Shown: positions 1-11,701 of the stretch, one piece after another
How positions within the stretch are numbered: position 1 is the stretch's first letter
Layout: each line of letters starts with the position of its first letter
NCBI RefSeq assembly: GCF_002113885.1
Contig: NW_018408296.1
Location: 191,854-255,853 of the forward strand
Reading direction: 5' to 3'
DNA length: 64,000 nucleotides
Source: Mizuhopecten yessoensis
Lineage: Eukaryota
Program-made: the position numbers and the translations under genes
Notes under the pieces: model-generated
The model's input: only the letters and a program-made list of their open reading frames with translations
Database searches by the model: none
What the model was told of the DNA's origin: nothing

Positions 1-2007
1 CAATCAGAAAAGGTCTACTTTGTCACCAATCAGAAAAGGTCTACTTTGTCACCAATCAGAAAAGATTTGCTGTGTCACCAATCAGAAAAAGTCTGCTGTG
101 TCACCAATTAGAAAAGGTCTGCTTTGTCAGCAATTAGAAAAGGTCTGCTGTGTCACCAATCAGAAAAGGTCTGCTGTGTCACCAATTAGAATAGATCTGC
201 TGTGTCACCAATCTGAAAAGGTCTGCTTTGTCACCAATCAGAAAAGATCTGCTGTGTCACCAATAAGAATAGATCTGCTGTGTCACCAATCAGAATAGAT
301 CTGCTGTGTCATAAATCAGAAAAGTTCTGTTGTATCACCTATCAGAAAAGATTTGACGTGTCACTAATTAGAAAAAGTCTGTTGTGTCATCAATCAGAAT
401 ATATTTATTGTGTCGTCAATCGGAAAAGATCTGCTGTGTCACCAATCTGAAAAGGTCTGCTTTGTCACCAATCAGAAAAGATCTGCTGTGTCACCAATCA
501 GAAACGATCTGCTGTGTCACAAATCAGAAAAGGTCTGCTGTGTCACCAATCAGAAAAGGTCTGCTGTGTCACCAATCAGAAAAGATCTGCTGTGTCACCA
601 ATCAGAAAAGGTCTGCTGTGTCACTAATCAGAAAAGGTCTGCTTTGTCACCAATCAGAAAGGATCTGCTGTGTCACAATCAGAAAAGGTCTACTTTGTCA
701 CCAATCAGAAAAGATCTGCTTAGTCACCAATCAGAAAAGATCTGCTGTGTCACCAATCAGAAAAGATCTGCTGTGTCACAAATCAGAAAAGTTCTGCTGT
801 GTCAACAATCAGAATAGCTTTTATGTCTCACCAATCAGAATAGATCTGCTGTGTCACAAATCAGAAAAGTTCTGTTGTGTCACCAATCAGAATAGATTTA
901 TTGTGTCACTAATCAAAATATATCTGCTGTGTCACCAATCAGAAAAATTATGTTGTGTCACTAATTAGAACAGGTCTGTTGTGTCACCAATCAGAATATA
1001 TTTTTTGTGTCATCAATCAGAAAAGATTTGCTGTGTCACAATCAGAAAAGGTCTGCTGTGTCACAATCAGAAAAGGTCTGCTGGGTCACAATTTGAAAAG
1101 ATTTGCTGCGTCACCAATCAGAAAAGGTCTGCTGTGTTACCTATCAGAAAAGGTCTACTTTGTCAACAATCAGAAAAAACCTGCTGTGTCACTAATCAGA
1201 AAAGACCTGCTGTGTCACAATCAGAAAAGGTCTGCTGGGTCACAATTAGAAAAGATTTGCTGCGTCACCAATCAGGAAAGGTCTGCTGTGTTACCTATTA
1301 GAAAAGGTCTACTTTGTCAACAATCAGAAAAAACCTGCTGTGTCACTAATCAGAAAAGACCTGCTGTGTCACAATCATAAAAGGTCTGCTGGGTCACAAT
1401 TAGAAAAGATTTGCTGCGTCACCAATCAGAAAAGGTCTGCTGTATTACCTATCAGAAAAGGTCTACTTTGTCACCAATCAGAAAAGATCTGCTTATCACC
1501 AATCAGAAAAGGTCTGCTGTGTCACCAATCAGAAAAGGTCTGCTGTGTTACCAATCAGAAAAGGTCTAATGTGTCACAATCAGAAAAGATCACCAATCAG
1601 AAATGGTCTGCTGTATTACCTATCAGAAAAGGTCTACTTTGTCACCAATCAGAAAAGATCTGCTGTATTACAATCAGAAAAGATCTACTTTGTCACCAAT
1701 CAGAAAAGGTCTACTTTGTCACCAATCAGAAAAGGTCTGCTTTATTACAATCAGAAAAGGTCTGCTGTGTCACCAATCAGAAAAGGTCTACTTTGTCACC
1801 AATCAGAAAAGGTCTGCTGTATTACAACCAGAAAAGGTCTGCTGTGTCACCAATCAGAAAAGGTCTGCTGTGTCACCAATCAGAAAAGGTATAATGTATC
1901 ACCAATAAAAAAAGGTCTGATGTGTTACAATCAGAAAAAGATATGCTGTGTCATAAATCGGAAAAAATCTGATGGGTCATAAGTTGGAAATATATCTGCT
2001 GTGTCAT
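1..2007. repeat. Minisatellite, 26-bp unit (CAATCAGAAAAGGTCTGCTGTGTCAC), runs off the window start
   Basis: The unit recurs at 1, 27, 53 and onward, with some 25-bp variants. Overlapping ORFs repeat every 26 aa (3 units) in all three + frames. Confidence 0.97.
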
Positions 2008-2484
2008 TATACTAAAGATTGGCGTTAGATGGAACAATGGGACTGATTCATGCATAGTTATAAACCCAAAAAACAGAGGAAATCATCACTCAGTTCGATT
2101 TTCGTCTGTACGGGACGGGGAGGAAGTTCAGGGCCAAGTTGTTGAATATGCACATTTCAAAAACATGTTTTTTTTCGAGAAACGTTCATATATGAGCAGT
2201 TATTTTTTGTTGTTTGCCTTTGAGTATTGGTTTATTTGTGGTTGGTGGGTTTTTTTCTTTATCTTAAGATGTCGTAAGCAGGTTCTTAACTTTTCCTATG
2301 TTTTTTTTATTTGGTTTGCTGTTTTGTTTTATTTCTTTTTTTCTGTACATTACCTTCAGATATCTGTAAGATAATCATGCTTTATCCGGAATCTATATCA
2401 TCAATTGACAATAATTGATTATCTTTACTAAAAAAAAATACACTTACGGATATGATGTGTTAAGTCAAGAACATAACAACATAA

Positions 2485-2797
2485 GGAGACACGGTACTCT
2501 AGTGGTAGGACGCCGGGCTCGTGACCGAAGGGTTGTGGTTTCGAGTCACGGCATGGCACTGTGTTGTATCTTTGAGCAAGATACTTTACTCTCCGCTTGT
2601 TTCTGGCCTACTCAGCTGTAAATGAGTATGTGGTTGGACAGTGCTAGAATTGTTGAATACTAGCTGTGAGTGCCGAAATGGCAGCTCCGGCTGCATGCTC
2701 CCAAGGGAGTTGCGAAAGATATTGGCTGGTTGCCAATGCCCTATCATAATTTGCGAACCGCTTTAAGACGACCTAATAATTTTTATTATTATTATAC
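2485..2797 (+). mobile_element. tRNA-derived SINE, family A (CORE-like central domain), near full length
   Basis: A-box-like TAGTGGTAGG and B-box-like GTTTCGAGTCA. CORE-like TTGAGCAAGATACTTTAC...CAGCTGTAAATGAGTA. (TTA)n-like tail. Three further copies in the window. Confidence 0.85.
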
Positions 2798-3332
2798 GCT
2801 TGTAAATCAATCATAGCGAAGAACTCTGATCACATGGGTCAGTGCAGTTAGATTATTGGTCTATTAAAGAAGCTTGTCATGATTCGTGACAAACATTTTA
2901 ATAATCCGTGCTAAATGATCTAACTTGAGCTGATATTTCAAATATCACAGATCGAACATAACTTAAATGTCCATTCTACCTCACTCTGGAGACTATTCTG
3001 TCCGATAGAGACTATTTTGTCAAGTTGTGTTGTATTTGTCTTATGTAAATTTGTTTGTCTAGCGACTTCATGAAACGGTTTTTCTAACGGTGGATGTTTG
3101 TTTTTCTGTGAATATTTTATATTTTATGAGTAAACAAGTAAATGTTACTTTATTTCACTCTTTATGATGCTGTGTCATTCATTTGAGGCATACTGTATCA
3201 TTTACCAATTTTTACAAGTATAATCACCCGTCAGTGTGCTACATGTATGTTCATCTTTCAAATTACAAGGCTGTAGATTCTGCTGGTGGATTTTAAGTCC
3301 CTGAGGTTTGATGTAACCATGATGGCAGTTAC

Positions 3333-3917
3333 ATTTGGTTTGGTTTGGTTTTATTTTGTTTAACGTCCTATTAACAGCTAATGTCATTTAAGGACGTGCC
3401 TCCGTGTATGTTGCTGATGTATGCATGTGTGTATGTGTGTTGGGGACAGGGCATGTTAGTGTACTTGCCTCCTTGTGTTAGCGCGGATCTGATGCCGACT
3501 TTATAGTGCTATCCGGAGGCACCAGGTACAGCATTCCGCCCGGTCACGTTATACTGACAACATGTGAACCAGTTGTTGCAATTACCCTTAATGCTGAACT
3601 TTAAGCAGGGAATAACAAATACCATTTTTAAGGACTCTGGTATGTCCCGGTCTTAGGACAGAACTCATTGCCTTCCTCACCAGGGCGAACGCTCAACGTT
3701 AAAGCCAAGAAAGGCTTTAGGAAACAAAAGTGCGTTAGAAGTAGAGGGAAATATTACGATCACACCTATTACAATTGATGCAACAGATTTATTTGGGTCG
3801 CTAAAGCAAACCCCAAATTCTGCAGGGGTTCCCACATTAATTAGTTGCTTTAATTCTTACGAAACATGCAGTGGGTACCGGCAGGTGTATTATTTTCTCG
3901 ATCCCCGATCTGCAGGG
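3333..3917 (-). mobile_element. tRNA-derived SINE, family B (Meta-like domain), with about 200-bp 5' leader
   Basis: Minus strand reads AAAATGGTATTTGTTATTCCCTGCTTAAAGTTCAGCATTAAGGG...GTCAGTATAACGTGACCGGG and ends GGACGTTAAACAAAATAAAACCAAACCAAACC. Colinear with 20817-21438 along its whole length. Confidence 0.8.
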
Positions 3918-4094
3918 GTGGGGCAGTAATGGCACGGTTCATACCATACACACTTATGTACGGAATATTTCGTCGATTTTACCAGTACTCTTCTTATTTT
4001 AAAAATCCTAAATCAAATTGTTTTACAATCCTTTCCCTTTAAATTTGTTTCAACAGTAGTTTAGACATTTGGATTACCCCTTTTACGGCCTTAG

Positions 4095-4124
4095 CATCAC
4101 CGATGAGTCCTAGAAGGACGAAAC
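4095..4124 (+). ncRNA. Degenerate minimal hammerhead ribozyme core (Penelope-associated type)
   Basis: CCGATGA-GTCC-TAGAA-GGAC-GAAAC: perfect stem II and GAAA box, with one change (U4 to C) in the CUGANGA box. Stems I and III are not evident. Confidence 0.45.
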
Positions 4125-5346
4125 TACTGTGTAATGTACAAATGGAGTGCTATTCATTGTCACCATACTGCCATCCCACGTGCGCGTGTTACGTTCACCT
4201 AACAAAGCTTTGTTACACTTTTTTATAATTTTATTATGTTGTTAAATGTGAATTGTTACACCCTCGCATCATGACTTCCGTTTAATTATTTACATTATTA
4301 ACAAAAATCGATAAAAGCTAAGCGTGATACGTATTTTGATGTGTTGATACATTGATATAGGAATTAACCTGTCACTCATACTGAACAATCAGAAACCAAA
4401 TGTCAGCAATGTTGCTATGGTGACATAAATATATTGTACAGGATTAGTTGATATCCGAAACGAGTTGTGAAATCGATCACGGCTACATTTTGTATGATTG
4501 TGTAACTGAACAATAGCCAAATACAGGTACATGTATATCGAAATACTTCAATCCTAAATTAAAGCCAGACTGAAGCAGCCATCTTAATCACTTCCGGATT
4601 ACAAATCAGTTCTGATGAATATCTCGATTCAATTTTTTTTATTCCTTTTTGATAAGCCCTTTTATATCCGTCATGAAATATCCAGTGTCAGCTGATGATC
4701 GGCCTAGCGGAGAAACGGTAATAAACCTGAACTAAATATTCAAATAGCGTAAAAATGCATTATTAATAAGATTATGGTGCGTAATTCACGTATACATTGA
4801 GTCCTTGAGTCATCTCATTCGTTTGCGGTTAAACGTTTTCTATAGTTATGCATGTACATTTTTTGGAGGAAAATCAAAGATCAAATGGGAGTTTATTTAT
4901 ATTACAATCTTAGTGACGTTTAACAACCAAGTAGACTTTCTATACTTTTGGGGCTCAAGAGAGACAAGACACAAACACTTAAAGTACCATACAGTTCCGT
5001 TTAAGTTCCTTTTTTTTCAAAGAGGCGCGATATTGTTTTTATGAAACATAATAAAATAGTATTTTATCTTTATATTGGGTTTCTTTTTGTAATTGATACA
5101 TTTTAATTCAATAATTTTCACGAAATGGTGGAACAGCTATTTTCGCAGAAACAATGTCGTGTTTTCTATAATGACCAGTTTCGTCTAGCGACCATCCTCG
5201 ATATCCAGGGGGGTTACGCTCACTTTGCTCTCTATACCCCTGGAATATGTCACAGCAAATTTGAAGGCGCGCGACTAGCTATTTGATTAGTCTCAGGTAA
5301 AAAAAACCTGACCTATCGCTAAAGCCGATTCCTGTCCTTTAAAGAT

Positions 5347-5760
5347 AAGATAATACTAATTTTATTATTATTTTGAGGTTCTTATATACCGCTTTATCAC
5401 AACCTAGTTCTTCAGTCGTTTCATAGCAGTTCATAAATTATTATCCGTGGTATTTGGGCTTTTGCAACCAGCCAATATCTGTCTCAGCTCCCTGGGGAGC
5501 ATACAACCGGTGCTGCCATTTCGGCGCTCACAGCTAGCATTCTGCAATTATAGCACTGCCAAGCCACGTACTCATTTACAACTGACAAATCCTTATCACC
5601 TGGTAAGTGGTGAAAATAGCCAAAACTATAATTAATGGTAAAAACAAACAAAATGACAACTCACCAATTATTTTTAATAACAATATNTCTAAAAGATAAA
5701 ACACAGTGCCGTGACGTGACTCGAACCCGGAACCATTTGGTTACGAGCCCGGCGTCCTAC
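5347..5760 (-). mobile_element. SINE family A nested in the MITE; contains a contig join (N at 5687)
   Basis: Reverse complement of 2485-2797 (CTCCCTGGGGAGCATACA, GACTCGAACC, GAGCCCGGCGTCCTAC). About 100 bp before the N is foreign to the SINE. Confidence 0.8.
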
Positions 5761-5844
5761 ATGCTGAGAGGAGCGGCACCCGATTTCTCAATTTTACCGT
5801 AACGCTACCGACAGATCCTTCTGGTGTACATCGGAGGACCAAAC

Positions 5845-5945
5845 TAGACTGCTTGTCTCATCCATAGACTGCTTGTCTCATCCATACACTGCTTGTCTCA
5901 TCCATAGACTGCTTGTTTCATCCATAGACTGCTTGTTACATCCAC
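5845..5945. repeat. 20-bp tandem repeat x5 (TAGACTGCTTGTCTCATCCA) inside the MITE
   Basis: Five consecutive near-identical units. The other two MITE copies carry a single unit. Confidence 0.9.
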
Positions 5946-7116
5946 AAGGTGGCGCACACTGAGCCTGACATAACCCAGAGGTGCTAAGAGTGAACCCCAG
6001 GACTATCAAGGATGTCTGGCGACGAACGTCGATCTGAAATAATTTAAGAATTTCGGTCATAAATTGTCTTTGACGTCTTATAATTTGTCGCCGATCACTC
6101 TTACAACATGACGGAAAATCACGAACAATTACCGATTGAAGAACTTTTATCTATAATACCAAAAGTTAAAATCAACGTTTATCCATGGCATGTACATTTG
6201 AAATATTACATTTTTATATTTATATCATTTAAAATTGGCTGGTAGACGCGACGATGACGTAGAGAGTATGCTGACCAGATTGGCAAACGTCGCAGACCAG
6301 ACATGAGTTACTGACCGCCCGTGAAAGCAATATGGAATACATACTAGAATATAGCATTAAACATTAAACATGTACCCAATGTGGGGTCAGTTGGCCATGA
6401 AATTAGAATTGTGCATGCGAATAAACTTGGCTCTATAATACTGCTTTAAATCATTTGTCAGATTTTCTTTGCAACTCCGTTATTTATGCTAATCGTCTGG
6501 TGTTCGGTGCCTACGGATTGACAGGCAAATCTCTCTGGACGCACTCCATATGTCAAGCGCACGACTAAGGGCTGAAATAATGGTCTTCAGGATGTTTGGA
6601 TCAACTTCAGGTTTCATTATGATGAAGAATTCTTGTATCCTCAGGAAAATATATGACTGTTTGCATCAGTTCATCTTTCATGTGATATATTCCTTGTGCA
6701 CAGAATAATTTATTATCTTCAAGATAAAAATTTGCAAATATGTGAACAAATAATGCGCAATGGTTCCTTGCCACCAATGCGTGCCAACTTGAAAGAATTT
6801 CTTTGAAATCAATCGCATCATATTTCGTTAAATGAAATACTTTACAAAGTGCTAAGATTTATTTGGTCATGTTAAATTGTTATTTTAACGAATTTAAAAA
6901 CGCTTTTAAATATAAATAGACACAGCGTCAATAAGCACACAAACAAACAAAATAGGCCACAACGTAAACACAATACAACTGGTACCACAGCACAAAATAA
7001 TAAAAAAATATCATGTCGTTAACAAAAATTAAAATCATACCATATCATCAACACGCAAGGATAGGATATAACACAGCATCCACACGTTAGGAAAACATTT
7101 ACCACGGCGTAAACAA

Positions 7117-8660
7117 ACACACACGGACAAAACAATCATAGCAACAACACAGAAGGACAACACCATCATAGCAACAACACACAACGACAAAACTATCATA
7201 GCAACAACACACAACGAAAAAAAAACCATAGCAACAACACACAACGAAAAAAAACCCATAGCAACAACACACAACAACAAAACCATCATAGCAATAACAC
7301 ACACGGACAGAAACATCAAAGCAACAACACACCAGGACAAACCCATCATAGCAACAACACACAAGGACAACACCATCATAGCAACAACAAACAACGACAA
7401 AACCAACATAGCAACAACAAACAACGACAAAACCATCATAGCAACAACACACAAGTACAAAACCACCATAGCAATAACACACACGGACTGAAACATCAAG
7501 GCAACAACACACAACGACAAAACCATCATACCAACAACAAACAAGGACAACACCAGCATAGCAACAACACACAACGACAAAACCAAAATAGCAACAACAC
7601 ACAATTACAAAGCCATCATAACAATAACACACACGGAGAGAAACATCAAAGCAACAACAAATCAGGACAAAACCATCATAGCAACAACACACAATGATAA
7701 AGCCATAATAGCAACAACACACACGGACAAAACCAGCAAAGTAACAACACACCAGGACAAAACCATCATAGCAACAACACACAATGATAAAGCCATCATA
7801 GCAACAACACACACGGACAAAACCAGCAAAGTAACAACACACCAGGACAAAACCATCATAGCAACAACACACCAGGAAAAAACCATCAAAGCAACAACAC
7901 AAAAGGACAACACCATCATAGCAACAACACACAAGTACAAAACCACCATAGCAATAACACACACGGACTGAAACATCAAAGCAACAACACACAAGGACAA
8001 AACCATCATAACAATAACACACACGGACAACACCATCATAACAATAACACACACGGACAAAACCATCATAGCAACAACACAAAAGGACAACACCATCATA
8101 GCAACAACACACAACAACAAAACCATCATAGCAACAACACACACGGACAACACCATCATAGCAACAACACACACGGACAACACCATCATAGTAACAACAC
8201 ACAAGTACAAAACCACCATAACAATAACACACACGGACTGAAACATTAAAGCAACAACACACAAGGACAAAACCATCATACCAACAACACAACGGCAAAA
8301 CCATCATAGCAACAACACACAACGACAAAACCATCATAACAATAACACACATGGACAGAAACATCATAGCAACAGCACACAAGGACAAAACCATCATAGC
8401 AACAACACATCAGGACAAAACCATCATAGCACCAACACACAATGATAAAGCCATCATAACAACAACACACACGGACAAAACCATCATAGCAACATCACAC
8501 ACGGACAAAAACATCTTAGCAACAGCACACAAGGACAAAACCATCATAGCAACAACACATACGGACAGAAACATCATAGCAAAAACACACAAGGACAAAA
8601 CTATCGTAGCAACAACACACACGGACAGAAACATCATAGCAACAACACACAAGGCCAACA
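7117..8660. repeat. Minisatellite, 30-bp unit (GCAACAACACACAAGGACAAAACCATCATA)
   Basis: Exact 30-bp periodicity with a 2-bp register shift near 8290. Strongly A/C-rich on the + strand. Confidence 0.97.
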
Positions 8661-11206
8661 GACACTCTCTTGCTTCAGTCACTTAGAACAAAAAGGTGAT
8701 AAATCTTACATTTTTTCCTCTACAGAGGCCAGGGGAAATGATACTGAGAAATCGCAAGCGTAAGTGCGTTAGGGATGCACGACAATCTCTTTTAAAACCG
8801 TGATATCAACATAAACAAAATAGAGCCACTATTATAGATATAATAATAATATTTCATTATTTTAATCATATTTATGATATGACACAATATCTGAAAATAT
8901 TATCATCATTCACGTCGTCCTCTAGCTTTGTATCTGGCAAGGTATTAGGATGCTGAACCTATTTCTTATTTTATCTATTACTCGCATTGCCACAACGCAT
9001 TCTTCCTCTTCTTTTTTATTCTCGTTTTTTCTCTCGTCGTGATTCTCTCTCACACGCTGGGGTAGCATTCCGGTGTTTCCTTGCGTTAATTTTGAGGAGA
9101 TGTTTAACCCATGCAGGACACGGACCTTAAAGCAATTGACGGTTTAAAATGACATTCACAAAAAAAGACCCATTTTTAGGGTATTTGCTTTACCAAATTG
9201 GCAACAAAAAATATTTGAAAACAGAACGACCTTGAGAATATTTCATTTTTAAGTGTGTTTGAGAAATTGCCGTTTATTATTTATCTTTTCAGAGTTTATC
9301 CTACTATCCCTATTAATTTTTTTGGACATGATTGTTTACAAAATTTTGCTGAAAGAAAATTCGAAACAACTCCAATGTAAGATATTATTCAGGCAACAAG
9401 ATTAATTGACGTCATCGTTAATGGATTGCACTCCGCAGTGAAGACGTTGGTCAATAGTCTGATGCATAGCATGTGAAAACAAAATCTCATAGGACCAAAC
9501 ACAAGCACACTTACTTCCTGTCAAGGTCATCTCTCGGTATGGAACACAAAAACGGTATTGCTTTTTTGCAATATAGTGTTTTATTTCTATTCTTTTATAT
9601 TGACATAGCAAAAATAGCCTTCCATTTAGGGTCAATAAAGTGACTACTTGGCGAGCACCTCTCTGTAACTACATCTGTACCTAATCATACCGAAGTAAAT
9701 CAAACATGCGCACTATTTGATTGTATAGACCTTCCGGTAGCCATTGTTATAACAGCATGTCGTACGCCTCGGAAAATAATCGTAAACAGACCAGGAAAAT
9801 TAGAAATTGCTGGAAACTCTTTCTCGAAACCTGCACTTGTTCACCGTTTTTATTATACCGATACCAAAACCCAAGCATCATTTAAAAAATCTTTAAAGCC
9901 AAAGGTTCTTGAATCTTTCAATAGCTGCATTTACTCTTGAACTCGTCTTCTGTCTCGATTCACACCAAACAAGTTTAGGGGTAAAAGGGTCGAAGACTAT
10001 TTCCGCCTGCCTCTCATTGAATGGCTCTGTCCATGTAGCGCGATTCCCTGATGTGCAGGGGACGATTGACAAGTGAATTAAGCTTATTGTTTTGATTGGT
10101 TCGTCATAAAAGAGAACAAGTCCTTAAATAATATTCCGGTAAATATAATGAGCTTTATCATCTATTTTAAATCAGCATCAAATTCAAAACAAAACTATTT
10201 CATTGTCTTAAAACTTGTATAGAGAGCCCAGTTCACAAAATTTATTTCATTTAAACACTTTCCTAAAACGGCTATCTTGTTTTCCTTCCCTCTCCTGCCT
10301 CCAACACACGTGCTTGTACGCACATGCATGCATGAATATTACAAATTGAGACCCTTCCTTAAATGGTCTAGCCTTTGATAGGTCGTTAAACCCTATAAAA
10401 CCAAACCAAATCCTTCTTCATCACAAAGTAACCAATAACAGCCATTTTTTTCATTCTCACTTGCAGAATAACAAATAACATTCAGCGTTAAATCTGACTT
10501 AAAGGTTTGTATTATCTCTAATTCGAGTTGGCTCTTTTTCATTTTTTGCCAAACGAATCAGGACAAGACCTCCTGAAGTAATCTTAACGCGACTTCATGT
10601 TACTGACAGGATGCCGGAAGATGTAGCAACATACTGTTTATATTACATCAGCTCGGAAATCATTTACATTCTGATGGAAACGAACCTAATCGCCGTCTCT
10701 CTCACTTGCACTGAATTGACCTAGTCGTAGGATATGTTGTAGATCGGCACACACGTTTAAGGTTTTAATATTTGAGTTTTAAGCATTGTTGCATTACAGA
10801 ATACTGTTAAATGTCATGTTATACATGTATATGTTATAGAAAGTAAGATCCATCGCTGCACGAGATAAAGACGCATTTTTGAATGAATATTTCTTATTCG
10901 GATCCAATATGCTTAGCGATACTTCCAGGATGAACTTCCTGCTTGTCTGCGTGTCTGCCCGCCTGCCTTCTTGCATGCTCGTCTGTTTGTTAGTCTGTTT
11001 GTCTGTAAAGGAAAAAATAGGAATTGTGTAAGGGATAATTAGGAAAATAACAAAAAGATACCTTGCAATATGTTGGCAGTCATCGAGGTGGTAAATGAAT
11101 CGAAGTTTCACTGTATATGAGTCATACAAACATATATTTTTTACAAGTGAATCACTAATATAAAAATAAACAATTATACAAACATATTTTTATAATAATC
11201 ATTCAA

Positions 11207-11524
11207 TGTTCTTTATCACAACCTAGTTCGTAGGTCGTCAAAGCGGTTCACAAATAAGTGGTTATACGGCCTTTGTAATTAAATAGCCCATGTCTTTCTC
11301 AACTCCCTGGGGAGCATACAGCAGGTGCTGCCATTTCGACGCTCACATCTAGCATTCAACAAGTGTAGCACTGCCCAACCACGTACTCATGAACAGCTGA
11401 ATAGACTGGAACATGCGGAGTAAAGTATCTTGTTAAAAGATACAACGCAGTGCCGTGATGTGACTCGAACTCACAACCCTTCGTTCACGAGCCCGGCGTC
11501 CTACCACTACACCACCGTGCCTCC
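11207..11524 (-). mobile_element. SINE family A, full length
   Basis: Minus strand starts GGAGGCACGGTGGTGTAGTGGTAGGACGCCGGGCTCGTG, with B box GGTTGTGAGTTCGAGTCA. Same body as 2485-2797. Confidence 0.88.
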
Positions 11525-11701
11525 AACATAAAACCTAACGTAAATATAAATGTATATCAATTATACACAATATATCAATCAAACGTGCATACCTACAATT
11601 CAATAAGTGACATGTTATACAAGACAGGACCCATTCTGCTGGAATGTGAATTTTTACTTTGTTGTTTCTAAATTAATAACTAGTTAATCATATGTAATTA
11701 A

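Larger units (their letters stand above)
5193..6014. mobile_element. MITE with long TIRs and 9-bp TSD (Mutator-like), copy 1, interrupted by a SINE
   Basis: Termini CATCCTCGATATCCAGG...GGACTATCAAGGATG. Flanks TCTAGCGAC (5184-5192) and TCTGGCGAC (6015-6023). Interior matches 24225-24580 in reverse orientation. Confidence 0.85.

Noticed and set aside
1-2007. CRISPR-like array or Cys-rich protein
   Set aside because: Units are head to tail with no unique spacers and no cas genes. ORFs appear in all + frames only because the 26-bp unit lacks stops.
4692-4716. Hammerhead at CTGATGATCGGCCTAGCGGAGAAAC
   Set aside because: Stem II is poorly paired, lacks the closing G-C pair, and no stems I or III are evident.
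7035-8686. Hydrophobic, Cys-rich (432 aa) or mucin-like Thr-rich proteins
   Set aside because: All are translations of the 30-bp repeat. The Thr-rich + frame has in-frame TGA codons (ACG GAC TGA) and a 2-bp register shift.
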